Positions 27,217-38,324 of a stretch of 64,000 nt of DNA are shown piece after piece; position 1 is the stretch's first letter, and each line of letters starts with the position of its first letter. The stretch is taken from the NCBI GenBank assembly GCA_023247275.1, contig JAHFGT010000002.1, positions 25,961 to 89,960 of the forward strand. Reading direction: 5' to 3'. Below the pieces are notes generated by a model, which was not told the origin of the DNA, searched no databases, and saw only the letters and a list, made by a program, of their open reading frames with translations. Both the position numbers and the translations under genes were made by a program. This DNA is from Candidatus Omnitrophota bacterium (lineage in GTDB: Bacteria; Omnitrophota; Gorgyraeia; Aquiviventales; Aquiviventaceae).

Positions 27217-28355
27217 TGATGAATCAGCTCATGGGCCGCGTGGCGGGCCCCAGCATCGGTTGACACGATCTCATCGAACGTTGGATTCGCGATCGCGGCA
27301 TGCTGTTCCAGCGTTTCCTCGATCACGCGGGGAATCTCTGCAAACGGTAGCTGCTCGGCGAGATAGGCCTGCACGGCGACGTCGTTGGCTCCATTGAGGA
27401 CGACGCAGGCTGTGCCACCGATGCGGGCAACCTCCAAGGCCAGCCGCAGACAGGGAAACTGATCTGGCTCAGGTTCGTAGAACCGCAACGCTCCGAGTCG
27501 AGCCAAATCGAGTCGTGGGACAGCGCCTGGCCACCGATCAGGAAAGCTGAGCGCATATTGGATGGGTACCCGCATGTCACACGGACTCATCTGGGCCACC
27601 ATGGTGCCGTCGACCAGCTCGACCATGGCATGCACGACCGCCTCTGGATGGATCACCAGCCGCAGCCGATCCCAAGGGAGCCCGAACAGCCAATGCGCCT
27701 CAATCAGCTCAAGGCCCTTGTTCATCAACGTCGCCGAATCGACTGTAATCTTCGGCCCCATGTGCCATTTAGGATGCGCCAACACTTCGGCACGCGTCGG
27801 ACTGGTCCACGCCGTGCCGTATTTTCCCCAGAGCGGGCCGCCGCTGCCGGTGATCGTCAACTGGGCCACGTGGTCGCGCGGGATCCCGAGCAGGCACTGG
27901 AACAACGCCGCATGCTCGCTGTCAATCGGACACAGGGTCGTGCCATGCTCTTGCACGAGCCGCATCACCAGCTCGCCGGCCATCACCAACAGTTCTTTGG
28001 ACGCCAGCGCAATGTGTTTGCCAGATTCGATGGCACGGATCAGCGGCACCAGCGCCTCTGGCCCAGAGGTCGCAACGACAATGACGTCGGCTTCAGGGCT
28101 GGTGGCCAATTGCTCCAATCCTTCGGTTCCAACCAAGACGTCACGGCCGCTGAGCCGACGCAATTCCTCCGCCTTGGTCGCATCCCACATTCCAATCCGG
28201 GCATGGGGAAATCGCACCGCCTGCTGCGCCAGCAGATCGATCCGCGACCGGGCCGCCATCCCGACCAGTTGCAGCCGCTCGCCAGATCGCTCGATCACAT
28301 CAAGCGTGCTGCGCCCGATTGATCCGGTCGAACCAAGCACCACCACTCGTCTCAT
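27204..28355 (-). CDS. dxr: 1-deoxy-D-xylulose-5-phosphate reductoisomerase
   Basis: 383-aa ORF with N-terminal VLGSTGSIG. Confidence 0.95.
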   Translation of the reverse strand: MRRVVVLGSTGSIGRSTLDVIERSGERLQLVGMAARSRIDLLAQQAVRFPHARIGMWDATKAEELRRLSGRDVLVGTEGLEQLATSPEADVIVVATSGPEALVPLIRAIESGKHIALASKELLVMAGELVMRLVQEHGTTLCPIDSEHAALFQCLLGIPRDHVAQLTITGSGGPLWGKYGTAWTSPTRAEVLAHPKWHMGPKITVDSATLMNKGLELIEAHWLFGLPWDRLRLVIHPEAVVHAMVELVDGTMVAQMSPCDMRVPIQYALSFPDRWPGAVPRLDLARLGALRFYEPEPDQFPCLRLALEVARIGGTACVVLNGANDVAVQAYLAEQLPFAEIPRVIEETLEQHAAIANPTFDEIVSTDAGARHAAHELIHQWTT

Positions 28356-28372
28356 CAGGAGAAGCTTGAGTC

Positions 28373-28453
28373 GTCAGATGTCACAGGACAGAGCTCAGAA
28401 GACAGCAACACCTCACTCTGATCTCTGACCTCTACCTTCTGACCTCTGAACGG
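28373..28453. repeat. Heptamer-unit hairpin element (family 2, copy b)
   Basis: GTCAGAT GTCACAG GACAGAG CTCAGAA GACAGCA ... CTCTGAT CTCTGAC CTCTACC TTCTGAC CTCTGAA CGG, between dxr and cdsA. Confidence 0.8.
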
Positions 28454-28460
28454 TGTCGCT

Positions 28461-29462
28461 TCACCCATAGATGAGGATTCCATAGAATAACGGCGCCGTG
28501 AACAAGAGGCTATCGATCACATCCAAGATTCCGCCCAGCCCAGGAATCAGCCGCCCGGTATCCTTGATCTGACAGTCGCGCTTTAAGAGCGATTCGGCTA
28601 GATCGCCCAGTTGGCCACAGAACCCCAGGAACAACCCCATCGCGGCCAGCCGGGGCAGCGGCATCGGCCGGAGCAACATCGAACGCGCCCAGACCGCGGT
28701 GACCATGCTGAAAATGACCGCGCCGACGAATCCTTCCACGGTTTTGCGCGGGCTGATCCGCGCGATCAGCGTGTGGCGTCCGAGTAGGTTGCCGGTCACG
28801 TAGGCGCCGACATCGCCCATCTTGGTCACCAAAATGAGATACAGCACTAACCACGCCCCTCGGTGCGCATCCATCGCGCGGATATAAAAGAAATAACTGA
28901 ACAACGCGGCGATATACGCCAAGCCGAACAGCGTCGTCGCCAACCCCCCCAACGCCTCAAACGTGTTCTCCCGCATCAACTGTCGGATGAAGATGATGAC
29001 AATGGTCGCTGGCCAAAAGAGATCCCACATCCAACTGATCGCTGTTGCGCCCTGCCCCAGGATTGGCGTGGGCATCAATCCTGGCTCGATCAGCGACCGC
29101 CAGGCCACCAGGCTCGTGAAGATCAGCCCCAGGACGATATTTAGCAGCCGATGCACCAAAATACCTCGATGGCGCACCATCGTGAAAAATTCGTAGAGCG
29201 CGAGCGTCACAAACAGGCACATCACCACGGGAAAGGTCCAGAGCGGCCACCAAAACAGCGTGCTGACCACCAGCCCCACCAGCAGAGTCGAACTGACCAA
29301 CCGCTGGACCAGATTCAGCAGCTTGCTCCCCGTCGATAGCGGAGCAGCGCTTGGAGCGCCTGACACGCTGTTGACTGGGCCAGGCTGATTCCGGGTTGGC
29401 GTCGAGGACGGCGCCGTCATGTCCTCGTGCCGTTCCAACTGAACCGGACTAATCGTCCCCAC
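28461..29462 (-). CDS. cdsA: Phosphatidate cytidylyltransferase
   Basis: 333-aa polytopic ORF with C-terminal signature SLLKRDCQIKDTGRLIPGLGGILDVIDS. The roughly 50-aa N-terminal extension makes the start uncertain. Confidence 0.85.
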   Translation of the reverse strand: MGTISPVQLERHEDMTAPSSTPTRNQPGPVNSVSGAPSAAPLSTGSKLLNLVQRLVSSTLLVGLVVSTLFWWPLWTFPVVMCLFVTLALYEFFTMVRHRGILVHRLLNIVLGLIFTSLVAWRSLIEPGLMPTPILGQGATAISWMWDLFWPATIVIIFIRQLMRENTFEALGGLATTLFGLAYIAALFSYFFYIRAMDAHRGAWLVLYLILVTKMGDVGAYVTGNLLGRHTLIARISPRKTVEGFVGAVIFSMVTAVWARSMLLRPMPLPRLAAMGLFLGFCGQLGDLAESLLKRDCQIKDTGRLIPGLGGILDVIDSLLFTAPLFYGILIYG

Positions 29463-29535
29463 GAGAAGAGTCCTACCACTTTTCGCTGTACCGTCCGGTG
29501 AGCTTCAGCGTGAAGAGTTGGAACGGCACTCGTGA

Positions 29536-30321
29536 TCAACATCGACTCGCACCGTTGTGAGGCAGCGTTGCTGGGTCAGACAGCGGGATGTGGAGCCCTC
29601 GAGTCGAGTCAGTCACCTGGCCGAATCGCCGTTCGCGCCGCTCATAGTCGGCTATGGCGTCGAGTAAATCCTCGCGCGAGAAATCCGGCCAAAGCCGTGG
29701 GGTCACGTACAACTCAGCGTACGAGGACTGCCACAGCAGGAAATTTGATAACCGCTGCTCCCCGGACGTCCGGATCAAGAGATCTGGATCTGGCAGATCG
29801 CTCGTCGATAAGTGTGCCGCCAGACGCGACTCGTCGATCTGCTCCGGCCGGAGCGCGCCCTGTTGCACTTGTTCGGCCAAGCGGCGGGCCGCGTCGACGA
29901 TCTCCTGTCGGCTTCCGTAACTCAGCGCCAACACCAACGTCATCCGGTCCAGCGAGGCGGTACACTCGATGACGCGACCCAGATGCTCCTGCACGCTGGG
30001 CGGCAGCTCATGGAGTCGGCCGATCGCGCGCAGCCGGATGCGATTCTCCAACAATCGGGGCGTTTCAGCGACCAGGAATTCGTTCAGGAGTTGCATGAGA
30101 TCATGGACTTCATCGGCCGGCCGGTCCCAGTTTTCCCAGGAAAAAGCATACAGGGTGAGGACCTGGACGCCCAGTTCAGAGCAGGCTTCGACCACACGGC
30201 GCACGGCGGCCGCCCCGGCTCGGTGGCCGAGGATTCGTGGCAGCCCATGGGCGGTCGCCCACCGCCCATTGCCATCCATGATCACTGCGATATGTTGTGG
30301 GGTTCTGTTGGAGTCCGTCAT
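29536..30321 (-). CDS. uppS: Di-trans,poly-cis-undecaprenyl-diphosphate synthase
   Basis: 261-aa ORF with the IMDGNGRWA motif. Confidence 0.95.
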   Translation of the reverse strand: MTDSNRTPQHIAVIMDGNGRWATAHGLPRILGHRAGAAAVRRVVEACSELGVQVLTLYAFSWENWDRPADEVHDLMQLLNEFLVAETPRLLENRIRLRAIGRLHELPPSVQEHLGRVIECTASLDRMTLVLALSYGSRQEIVDAARRLAEQVQQGALRPEQIDESRLAAHLSTSDLPDPDLLIRTSGEQRLSNFLLWQSSYAELYVTPRLWPDFSREDLLDAIADYERRERRFGQVTDSTRGLHIPLSDPATLPHNGASRC

Positions 30322-30394
30322 GAATCACCGGGGATACGCCACGAGGCTGCAGGCCCTCCTCGGACATCGAGCCAGTCGTGGCTTGGACGGCGAG

Positions 30395-30718
30395 TTACGG
30401 AGCTGTCGGCTGGTCTGGCATGCGTGATTCAGCGGCGGTGAGCTGGTTCCGAAGTCGGTCGAGCTCAGCTTTCAGTTGCTCGATTGCCGTCAGCTGATCT
30501 TGGGATTTCTTGTCGATCCGATCGCGCTCAGCAATCAGTCGATCACGCTCATTACTCAACTGCTCGACCTTCTGCTTCAACTCGCTGACGGTATACTGGA
30601 GATCCTGACGACCGATCCGTTCACGATCCAAATTCTGGCCGATGGACGCTAGCGCGACCGCCAGCACGACGGCGATGATCCCCAGCGATGCTAAGGCAAT
30701 CCCGACTCCTCGACGCAT
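30395..30718 (-). CDS. Membrane-anchored coiled-coil protein
   Basis: 107 aa with one N-terminal TM helix, followed by heptad-rich sequence (SELKQKVEQLSNERDRLIAERDRIDKK...). Confidence 0.55.
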   Translation of the reverse strand: MRRGVGIALASLGIIAVVLAVALASIGQNLDRERIGRQDLQYTVSELKQKVEQLSNERDRLIAERDRIDKKSQDQLTAIEQLKAELDRLRNQLTAAESRMPDQPTAP

Positions 30719-30733
30719 GAGGCCTCCTCCCCG

Positions 30734-31387
30734 TTATTTCGAATACCGCTTCACGCCGGGCGCATGTTCCGCAGCGGCCCGAGACGACTGCGGCATGATG
30801 ACAATTTCGACGCGCCGATTCTTCTGGCGCCCGTGGGCTGAATCGTTGGACACAATGGGGTGGCTCTCTCCCAACCCCACCGAGGTCATGCGTGACGGAT
30901 CCACACCTTTCTCAATGAGGTACTCGGCCACGGCCTGTGCACGGGCTCGCGACAGCGCGTGATTGTCGGTCCACTTCGAATACCGGATCGGCTGGTTGTC
31001 GGTATGCCCTTCGATGCGGATCGGCTGATCCGGCACCTCTTCGAGAATCTTCGCCACTTTATCGAGCACCGGATAGGCTGTCTGCCGCAGATCCGCCTTT
31101 CCCGAATCGAAGAGCACCTGGTCCAACATTCGAGCCACCAGCCCGCGTTCGTCATAGCCGACCTCGGCTTCAGAACTACTCAGCCGCTGCTCAAGCAACT
31201 CCTTGGCCCGGCGCAACTCGTCGGCCTCTTGCGACTTCAGTTGGGCGAGCGTCTTGAACTGCTCCAACTGGTCGCTTAATTCGGCCAATTGCTGGATATC
31301 CCACGGCGAGCGCTTCGCGAATGTTACCGCACATCCGGTACCAGCCACAAGCGCAACCGCCAGCATCCCTGCGATCCCGCGAGCCAT
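30734..31387 (-). CDS. OmpA-family lipoprotein with coiled-coil linker
   Basis: Lipobox LVAGTGC and a C-terminal OmpA-like peptidoglycan-binding domain (RIEGHTDNQPI...LSRARAQAV...RRVEIVI). AGGAGGGG lies upstream of the ATG. Confidence 0.8.
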   Translation of the reverse strand: MARGIAGMLAVALVAGTGCAVTFAKRSPWDIQQLAELSDQLEQFKTLAQLKSQEADELRRAKELLEQRLSSSEAEVGYDERGLVARMLDQVLFDSGKADLRQTAYPVLDKVAKILEEVPDQPIRIEGHTDNQPIRYSKWTDNHALSRARAQAVAEYLIEKGVDPSRMTSVGLGESHPIVSNDSAHGRQKNRRVEIVIMPQSSRAAAEHAPGVKRYSK

Positions 31388-31522
31388 GCTCCCCTCCTAG
31401 TGGCAATTCCTAGAACCGCGGACAGATAGAAAAAGTCACCGCTACCCTAGCATAGACCCCAGTTGAGTGCAACACCTTAGCAAGGTCACTGGCAAGCACC
31501 ACACCTTAAATAAATCCCACGC

Positions 31523-31583
31523 ACCAAATCCCAAATTCCAAGTACCAAAGAAGCCCCAAATTCCCAACACCAATGACCAAACG
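31523..31583. repeat. Array of degenerate 7-bp CCAAATN units (family 6)
   Basis: CCAAATC CCAAATT CCAAGTA CCAAAGAAGC CCCAAATT CCCAACA CCAATGA CCAAACG, downstream of purA. Confidence 0.7.
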
Positions 31584-31599
31584 TCGGGTTGGTGCTGGG
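31563..31599 (-). terminator. Possible purA terminator hairpin
   Basis: The minus-strand RNA has an 11-bp stem, CCCAGCACCAA ...15 nt... UUGGUGUUGGG, followed by the U-rich AAUUUGGGGCUUCUUUGG. It lies 12 nt after the purA stop. Confidence 0.45.
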
Positions 31600-31610
31600 T
31601 ACGTGTCAAA

Positions 31611-32891
<1,281 letters not shown>

Positions 32892-34559
32892 CTATAATTT
32901 GATGAGTTTCGCATCCAGCACATGCGTGAGCGTCTTGACCCGGTCCAGCACGTTGGGCGGCACAGGCTGGTCGATATTCACAACCGTGATCGCCGTACCT
33001 CCGGGCGCATCGCGGCCGTTGGTCATCCCGGCGATGTTGATGTTCGACTCCCCCAAGAGCGTTCCGAGCTGGCCGATGAGCCCAGGCTTGTCCTGATTCT
33101 TAATGATCAACATGTACCCTTCTGGCGTGGCCTCGACGAAGTAGCGGTCGATCTTCACGATTCGCGGTTCGCGGCGCGCGGACAACGTGCCCTGCAACAC
33201 CAGGGTTCGGCCGTCATCCCTCGACTGGCTTCGCTCGCTCGGGATGATCCTGAGCGAGTCCCCGCCCATGGCGGGGCGAGTCGAAGGATCATTGCGGACC
33301 TCGACCGACAGCAAATTGGCAAACTCCTCCGGCCGGTTGGACTTCGCCTCGATGACCTTGACCCCCCGCTCTGCGGCGATCAGCGATGCATTGACGTAGT
33401 TGACGTTTTCGCCGACCATCGGCTGCAGCACACCTTTCAAGATCGCCAAGGTGATCGGCGAGGTGTCGTACGCGGTCACTTCTCCCACGTAGGTGACGCG
33501 GACCTCGGCGATCTGCCCGCCGATCAATTGCGCGGTGAGTGACCCCAGCCGCTCACCCAGCAGAATATACGGCTGCAGCACCTTGAGCGTCTGCGCGTCC
33601 AGCGATGGCATATTGACCGCATTGCGGATCCCGCGGCCCAGCAAGGCATCGGCCACCTGCTTCGCGACGTCGATGGCCACGTTGAGCTGTGCTTCTTGCG
33701 TCGAGGCGCCCAAATGCGGTGTGCACACCACCTGATCGAGCGCCACCAGCGGATGATCTTTCGCCGGCGGCTCCTGCTCGAACACATCGATCGCCGCACC
33801 GGCCACCTGGCCACTGGTGATCGCCGCGTGCAGCGCCTGCTCATCGATGATTCCACCGCGCGCGCAATTGATCAGCCGCACGCCCGGCTTCATCAGCGCG
33901 AACTGCGGCGTGCTGATCAGATGGCGCGTCTCCTCGGTGAGCGGGGTGTGCACGGTGATGATATCCGCCTCACGATACAGCGGCTCCAGCTCCATCATCT
34001 GCACATCGAGCTGTTGGGCCCGTTCCGTCGATAAAAACGGATCATACGCGATGACCCGCATCCCGAACACCTGCGCCCGTTTGGCCACCTCGGTCCCGAT
34101 CTTGCCCATGCCGACGATCCCGAGCGTTTTGCCGAACAGCTCGACCCCGACGAATTTGGACCGCTCCCACAACCCAGCCTTGAGACTGGCCTGGGCTTGG
34201 GGAATGCGTCGGGCTAAGGCAAGGATCATGCTGCAGGTATGCTCGGCGGTGGAGATCGTATTTCCGGCCGGCACGTTCATGACGATGATACCGCGTTTGG
34301 TGGCTGCATCGGCGTCGACGTTATCCAACCCGACGCCAGCGCGGCCGATCACCTTGAGGTGAACGGCCCGTTCAATCACTTCGGCCGTGACTTTGGTGGA
34401 GCTGCGGACGACTAGGCCTTCATACGGCTCGATGATCTGCGCCAGCTCTTTGCTGGATAGGCCGGTCTTGATGTCCACCGCCAGGCCGGATTCTTGGCGT
34501 AACAGCTTGATTCCATCGTCGGAGAGTTGATCAGCGATCAGGACACGGATTGGCGCCAT
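32892..34559 (-). CDS. serA: D-3-phosphoglycerate dehydrogenase (long form with ASB and ACT domains)
   Basis: MAPIRVLIADQLSDDGIKLL... begins at ATG 34559, inside ORF 32892-34649. It has the NAD motif GIVGMGKIG and a C-terminal ACT domain. It carries a roughly 24-aa insertion (see findings). Confidence 0.9.
   Translation of the reverse strand: MAPIRVLIADQLSDDGIKLLRQESGLAVDIKTGLSSKELAQIIEPYEGLVVRSSTKVTAEVIERAVHLKVIGRAGVGLDNVDADAATKRGIIVMNVPAGNTISTAEHTCSMILALARRIPQAQASLKAGLWERSKFVGVELFGKTLGIVGMGKIGTEVAKRAQVFGMRVIAYDPFLSTERAQQLDVQMMELEPLYREADIITVHTPLTEETRHLISTPQFALMKPGVRLINCARGGIIDEQALHAAITSGQVAGAAIDVFEQEPPAKDHPLVALDQVVCTPHLGASTQEAQLNVAIDVAKQVADALLGRGIRNAVNMPSLDAQTLKVLQPYILLGERLGSLTAQLIGGQIAEVRVTYVGEVTAYDTSPITLAILKGVLQPMVGENVNYVNASLIAAERGVKVIEAKSNRPEEFANLLSVEVRNDPSTRPAMGGDSLRIIPSERSQSRDDGRTLVLQGTLSARREPRIVKIDRYFVEATPEGYMLIIKNQDKPGLIGQLGTLLGESNINIAGMTNGRDAPGGTAITVVNIDQPVPPNVLDRVKTLTHVLDAKLIKL
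33218..33287. repeat. Hairpin element (family 5) embedded in frame in serA
   Basis: CCCTCGACTGGCTTCGCTCGCTCGGG ... CCTGAGCGAG TCCCCGCCCATGGCGGGG CGAGTCGAAGG. The arm motifs match the intergenic hairpin at 17689-17739. Confidence 0.7.
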
Positions 34560-34563
34560 GCTG

Positions 34564-35721
34564 TCACACCTTTTGCGCGACCGCTTCTGGCGCCTGGCTA
34601 AAGACCGCTTTCGCAGCCGCCACCCCATCGCCGGCCGGCGCACCACCACACGCGCGGAGCGCGCTCTCGAGCGCGGTCAATCCGGCCAAGATGTCGCTGG
34701 CGCCGATATATCCCATATGGGCAAACCGGAAAATTTTCCCGGCCATCTCACCTTGTCCGCCCGCCACCATGACCCGGGACGTGTCATACATCACTTTGAT
34801 CAGTTGCTTCCCATCGACACCAGTCGGCACAGTGACCGCGGTGACGCCGTTGGATGGACGCTTCGCAAACAGCGGCAACCCCATCGCGCTGACACCGGCT
34901 CGGGTCGCCTGCGCCATCAAGGCACACCGTTCCAGCACATGGCTCAGACCATCCTGTTGCACACGCTTGAGCGCTTCTTCCAGCGCAATCACCAACGACA
35001 CCGCCGACGTAAATGGCGTGTCGTCGTCGGTCATCGACTTCTTGTAGAGCCGTAAGTCGGTGTAGAACCGCGGGGTCTTGGCCTGCTCGACCAGCGTCCA
35101 GGCTCGATCACTGACGCTGATGAAGGCCAGTCCTGGGGGCAGCATCAACCCCTTCTGCGAGCCAGTGACGACGACGTCCACGCCCCACTCGTCGGTCTTG
35201 CACGCATCCGCCAACAACCCGCTGATGGCGTCCACGACCAGCACGGCTGGACCCTCCCGCGTGATCGCGGCCAGGCCGCGGAGATCATGCACCACCCCGG
35301 TCGAAGTTTCGCACAGCGTCGCGAACACCGCCTTGGCTTTCGGATGCGCGCGCAACGCTTGCGCCACCTGTTGCGGGTCGGCCGCGTCTCCGTACGCGAC
35401 CGGCACCGGCACAACGGTGATCCCATACGCCTTGCACAGTTGCTGCCACCGTTCGGCGAATTTCCCGCCCAGGACCACGATCGCTTCGTCACCTGGCGAC
35501 AGCAGGTTGACGACTGCAGCCTCCATCGCCCCGGTGCCAGAACTCGTCAGGCAGAACACCGGGGTGGTCGTCTGAAAAATGCCCTGCAGCCCCTGTACGA
35601 CACGCTTGAACAGCGCTCGGTATTGGCTCGTGCGGTGATGGATGATCTGTCGGCCCAGCGCTTCGCGAACCTGGGGCGGCAACGGGGTCGGACCCGGGGT
35701 GAGCAAGATATCGTCCTTCAT
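34564..35721 (-). CDS. Class V aminotransferase (AGXT/serine-glyoxylate family; candidate phosphoserine aminotransferase)
   Basis: MKDDILLTPGPTPLP..., SGTGAMEAA, and the PLP lysine in TGSQKGLMLPPG. GAGGAG lies 5 nt upstream of ATG 35721. It is adjacent to serA. Confidence 0.8.
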   Translation of the reverse strand: MKDDILLTPGPTPLPPQVREALGRQIIHHRTSQYRALFKRVVQGLQGIFQTTTPVFCLTSSGTGAMEAAVVNLLSPGDEAIVVLGGKFAERWQQLCKAYGITVVPVPVAYGDAADPQQVAQALRAHPKAKAVFATLCETSTGVVHDLRGLAAITREGPAVLVVDAISGLLADACKTDEWGVDVVVTGSQKGLMLPPGLAFISVSDRAWTLVEQAKTPRFYTDLRLYKKSMTDDDTPFTSAVSLVIALEEALKRVQQDGLSHVLERCALMAQATRAGVSAMGLPLFAKRPSNGVTAVTVPTGVDGKQLIKVMYDTSRVMVAGGQGEMAGKIFRFAHMGYIGASDILAGLTALESALRACGGAPAGDGVAAAKAVFSQAPEAVAQKV

Positions 35722-35764
35722 ACACACTCCTCGTGCCGCGTCAAGAAGAGCGGCCTGTCTCCCG

Positions 35765-36388
35765 TTACTTTTTCGGTTTGCCGTAGATGACTTCGTCGAT
35801 CAGGCCGTACTCCTTGGCTTCTTCGGCCGACATGAAGTAGTCCCGGTCGGTATCTTTTTCGATCTTCGCCAAGACTTGGCCGGTGTGTTTCACCAACAGT
35901 TCGTTGAGCTTCTCGCGCAGCCGCAGAATCTCGCGCGCCTGAATGGAAATATCCGACGCCGCTCCTTGCGCGCCGCCCCACGGCTGATGGATCATAATAC
36001 GCGCCGCCGGCAGCGCGAAGCGTTTGCCCTTGGTGCCGGCGCACAGCAGCAACGCGCCCATACTGGCTGCCTGGCCTACGCAATAGGTGGCGACGGCGGG
36101 TTTCACAAACTGCATCGTGTCATAGATGGCTAACCCGGCGGTCACCGACCCGCCTGGGCTGTTAATGTAGATGCTAATTTCTTTGTCCGGGTCCTCGTTC
36201 TGCAGGAACAACAGCTGGGCAATGATGAGATTGGAGACGACGTCGTCGATCGGCGTCCCGATAAAAATGATGCGCTCTTTCAGCAAGCGCGAGTAGATAT
36301 CATACGCTCGTTCGCCGCGTGGCGACTGCTCCACCACCATCGGCACAAGCACCTGTCCGGTCACTGGCATGCCAGCCTCCTGTGTCAT
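35765..36388 (-). CDS. clpP: ATP-dependent Clp protease proteolytic subunit
   Basis: 207-aa ORF with the catalytic Ser context GQAASMG. Its ATG overlaps the tig stop (ATGA). Confidence 0.95.
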   Translation of the reverse strand: MTQEAGMPVTGQVLVPMVVEQSPRGERAYDIYSRLLKERIIFIGTPIDDVVSNLIIAQLLFLQNEDPDKEISIYINSPGGSVTAGLAIYDTMQFVKPAVATYCVGQAASMGALLLCAGTKGKRFALPAARIMIHQPWGGAQGAASDISIQAREILRLREKLNELLVKHTGQVLAKIEKDTDRDYFMSAEEAKEYGLIDEVIYGKPKK

Positions 36389-37476
36389 GAGCTTCGCACT
36401 GCCGTCATCGAGGCGGTCGGCCCAGGGACGGGTCCGACACCGGTTGGTGCGGTCCCGACCAGGGGGTCGGCGATCGCCCGGGTCAACAGCCGTGCAATGG
36501 TTTTCTCTTGTCGAATCGCGGAAATGACCGATGGCCAGAGCCCCTGTGAATCAAAGATGGCCCGCACCTGGGCCGGATCTTTCTTCCATCGCTGGCTCAG
36601 TTGCCACAACCGCTCCACCAGCTCAGCTTCCTGCACCTTGATCGATTCCTGATCAGCCACCCGGTCCAAGATAAATCCGAGCTTGACCTGCTGCTCAGCG
36701 CTGGTGCGCAATCGATCGGTAAACTTGGCCAACTCCTCTTGCACCTTGTCCTCCGCCATGCCGCGTAACAGCAGGCGCGCCTGAAAATCCCGCGTCAGCC
36801 GCTCGGTTTGCCGTGACACCAGCCGCGGCGGGACATCAATAGTCTGGCGCTTCAACAGTTCGGCGCACAGCGTGGCTTCGAGCTCTTGGGCTTGCGCCGC
36901 CCGCTGTTGCTCACGCAGCTTCGCCTCCACATGCTGCCGCAGGGCGTCCAGCGTCGGAAATCCAAGATCTTTTGCCAGCTCGTCGTCGAGCGCTGGCACC
37001 TGACGCTCTTTTTCCGCCCCTTCCTTCGCTGGGACCAGCTGCGCCATCGACTGCCGTAACTGCTCTAAGCCCTGCTCAATGTCCTGAGGACTCACGGCAA
37101 TGGCAGGCGTCACCATTCGAATAGACGCGTAGTCGCCCAGCGTGAAGGTCGGTTCGACTTCAACGGTGGCTTCCAAGGTCAATCCGTCTGCGTCGCTAAA
37201 ATCGGCCCGGCTGAGCTCAAACGGGCCGACCGGCTTGAGATGGTGGGTTCGCGCTGCCTGCTCAAAGGCCTCGCGCGTGACGCGTTGCAGCGTCTCGTCC
37301 TGGATCGCTTTCGCGTATTGACGCTCGACCAGCGCGACCGGGGCCTTGCCTTTGCGGAATCCCGGCAGCGTCGCCTCGCGTCGAAACTCACCCAGGACGG
37401 CAGACCGCACCGGAGCGATCGCCTCCTGCTTCACGTGCACGCGGACCGCTTTCTGACACGGCGCGGTTTCAGTCAT
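36385..37476 (-). CDS. tig: Trigger factor lacking the PPIase domain
   Basis: The likely start is MTETAP... at ATG 37476. It has the GFRKGKAP ribosome-binding signature and a C-terminal chaperone domain. The N and C domains are joined by about 10 aa where the FKBP domain normally sits. Confidence 0.8.
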   Translation of the reverse strand: MTETAPCQKAVRVHVKQEAIAPVRSAVLGEFRREATLPGFRKGKAPVALVERQYAKAIQDETLQRVTREAFEQAARTHHLKPVGPFELSRADFSDADGLTLEATVEVEPTFTLGDYASIRMVTPAIAVSPQDIEQGLEQLRQSMAQLVPAKEGAEKERQVPALDDELAKDLGFPTLDALRQHVEAKLREQQRAAQAQELEATLCAELLKRQTIDVPPRLVSRQTERLTRDFQARLLLRGMAEDKVQEELAKFTDRLRTSAEQQVKLGFILDRVADQESIKVQEAELVERLWQLSQRWKKDPAQVRAIFDSQGLWPSVISAIRQEKTIARLLTRAIADPLVGTAPTGVGPVPGPTASMTAVRSS

Positions 37477-37597
37477 CGATGCATCGCCCATCGCGGGTGG
37501 ATGATCGGCGGACGCGGGTGGATCGGATGGTGTCGGTTGACGGAACACGCAGACTCCTCCCTCGTCGTGGTAATGGGTTATGGCGTTGGGGCGGCGA

Positions 37598-38320
37598 TTA
37601 CAAGCGGAATTTCTCGCCGAGATAGATCTCCCGAGCGCGAGGGTCGGTGATCAACTCATGCGCCGTGCCGGCGATCAGTACTCGACCCTCGGCCATAATG
37701 TAGGCGCGATCGGTAATCTCCAATGTCTCACGGACGTTGTGATCGGTCAAGAGGATTCCCAACCCGCGTTTTCTGAGCTCGCGGATGATCTCCTGGGCTT
37801 CAAACACGGTGATCGGATCGATCCCGGAGAACGGCTCATCCAGCAGGATGAATTTCGGGTCGGTCACGAGCGCGCGCGTAATCTCCAGCCGGCGCTTCTC
37901 TCCCCCAGACAAGGTGTACGCCCACTGTCGAGCTAAGTGCGTAATCCCCAACTCATTGAGCAGGCTGTCCAACCGCCGGCGCCGCTCTCCACGAGAGATC
38001 TCGAGCGTTTCCAGGACGGCCAAGATATTCTGCTCGACGGTGAGTTTCCGGAAGATTGACGGCTCCTGCGCCAAGTATCCGATGCCGGTCCGCGCCCGCT
38101 GGTACATCGGCATCTCTGTGATGTCTTGCCCATCGCGGAGGATGCGCCCGCCGTCCGGCCGGACATAGCCGACCATCATCGCAAACGTTGTCGTCTTCCC
38201 CGCACCGTTAGGGCCGAGCAAGCCCACGATCTCTCCGCGGCTGACTCGGATATCGACCCCGTCGACCACTGGCCGCCCATTGTATCCTTTGACCAACTGC
38301 TCGCTTTGGAGGAGTTGCAT
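37598..38320 (-). CDS. lptB: LPS export ABC transporter ATP-binding protein
   Basis: 240-aa ORF with Walker [10 protein letters not shown] and the signature LSGGEKRR. Confidence 0.9.
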   Translation of the reverse strand: MQLLQSEQLVKGYNGRPVVDGVDIRVSRGEIVGLLGPNGAGKTTTFAMMVGYVRPDGGRILRDGQDITEMPMYQRARTGIGYLAQEPSIFRKLTVEQNILAVLETLEISRGERRRRLDSLLNELGITHLARQWAYTLSGGEKRRLEITRALVTDPKFILLDEPFSGIDPITVFEAQEIIRELRKRGLGILLTDHNVRETLEITDRAYIMAEGRVLIAGTAHELITDPRAREIYLGEKFRL

Positions 38321-38324
38321 GGAC

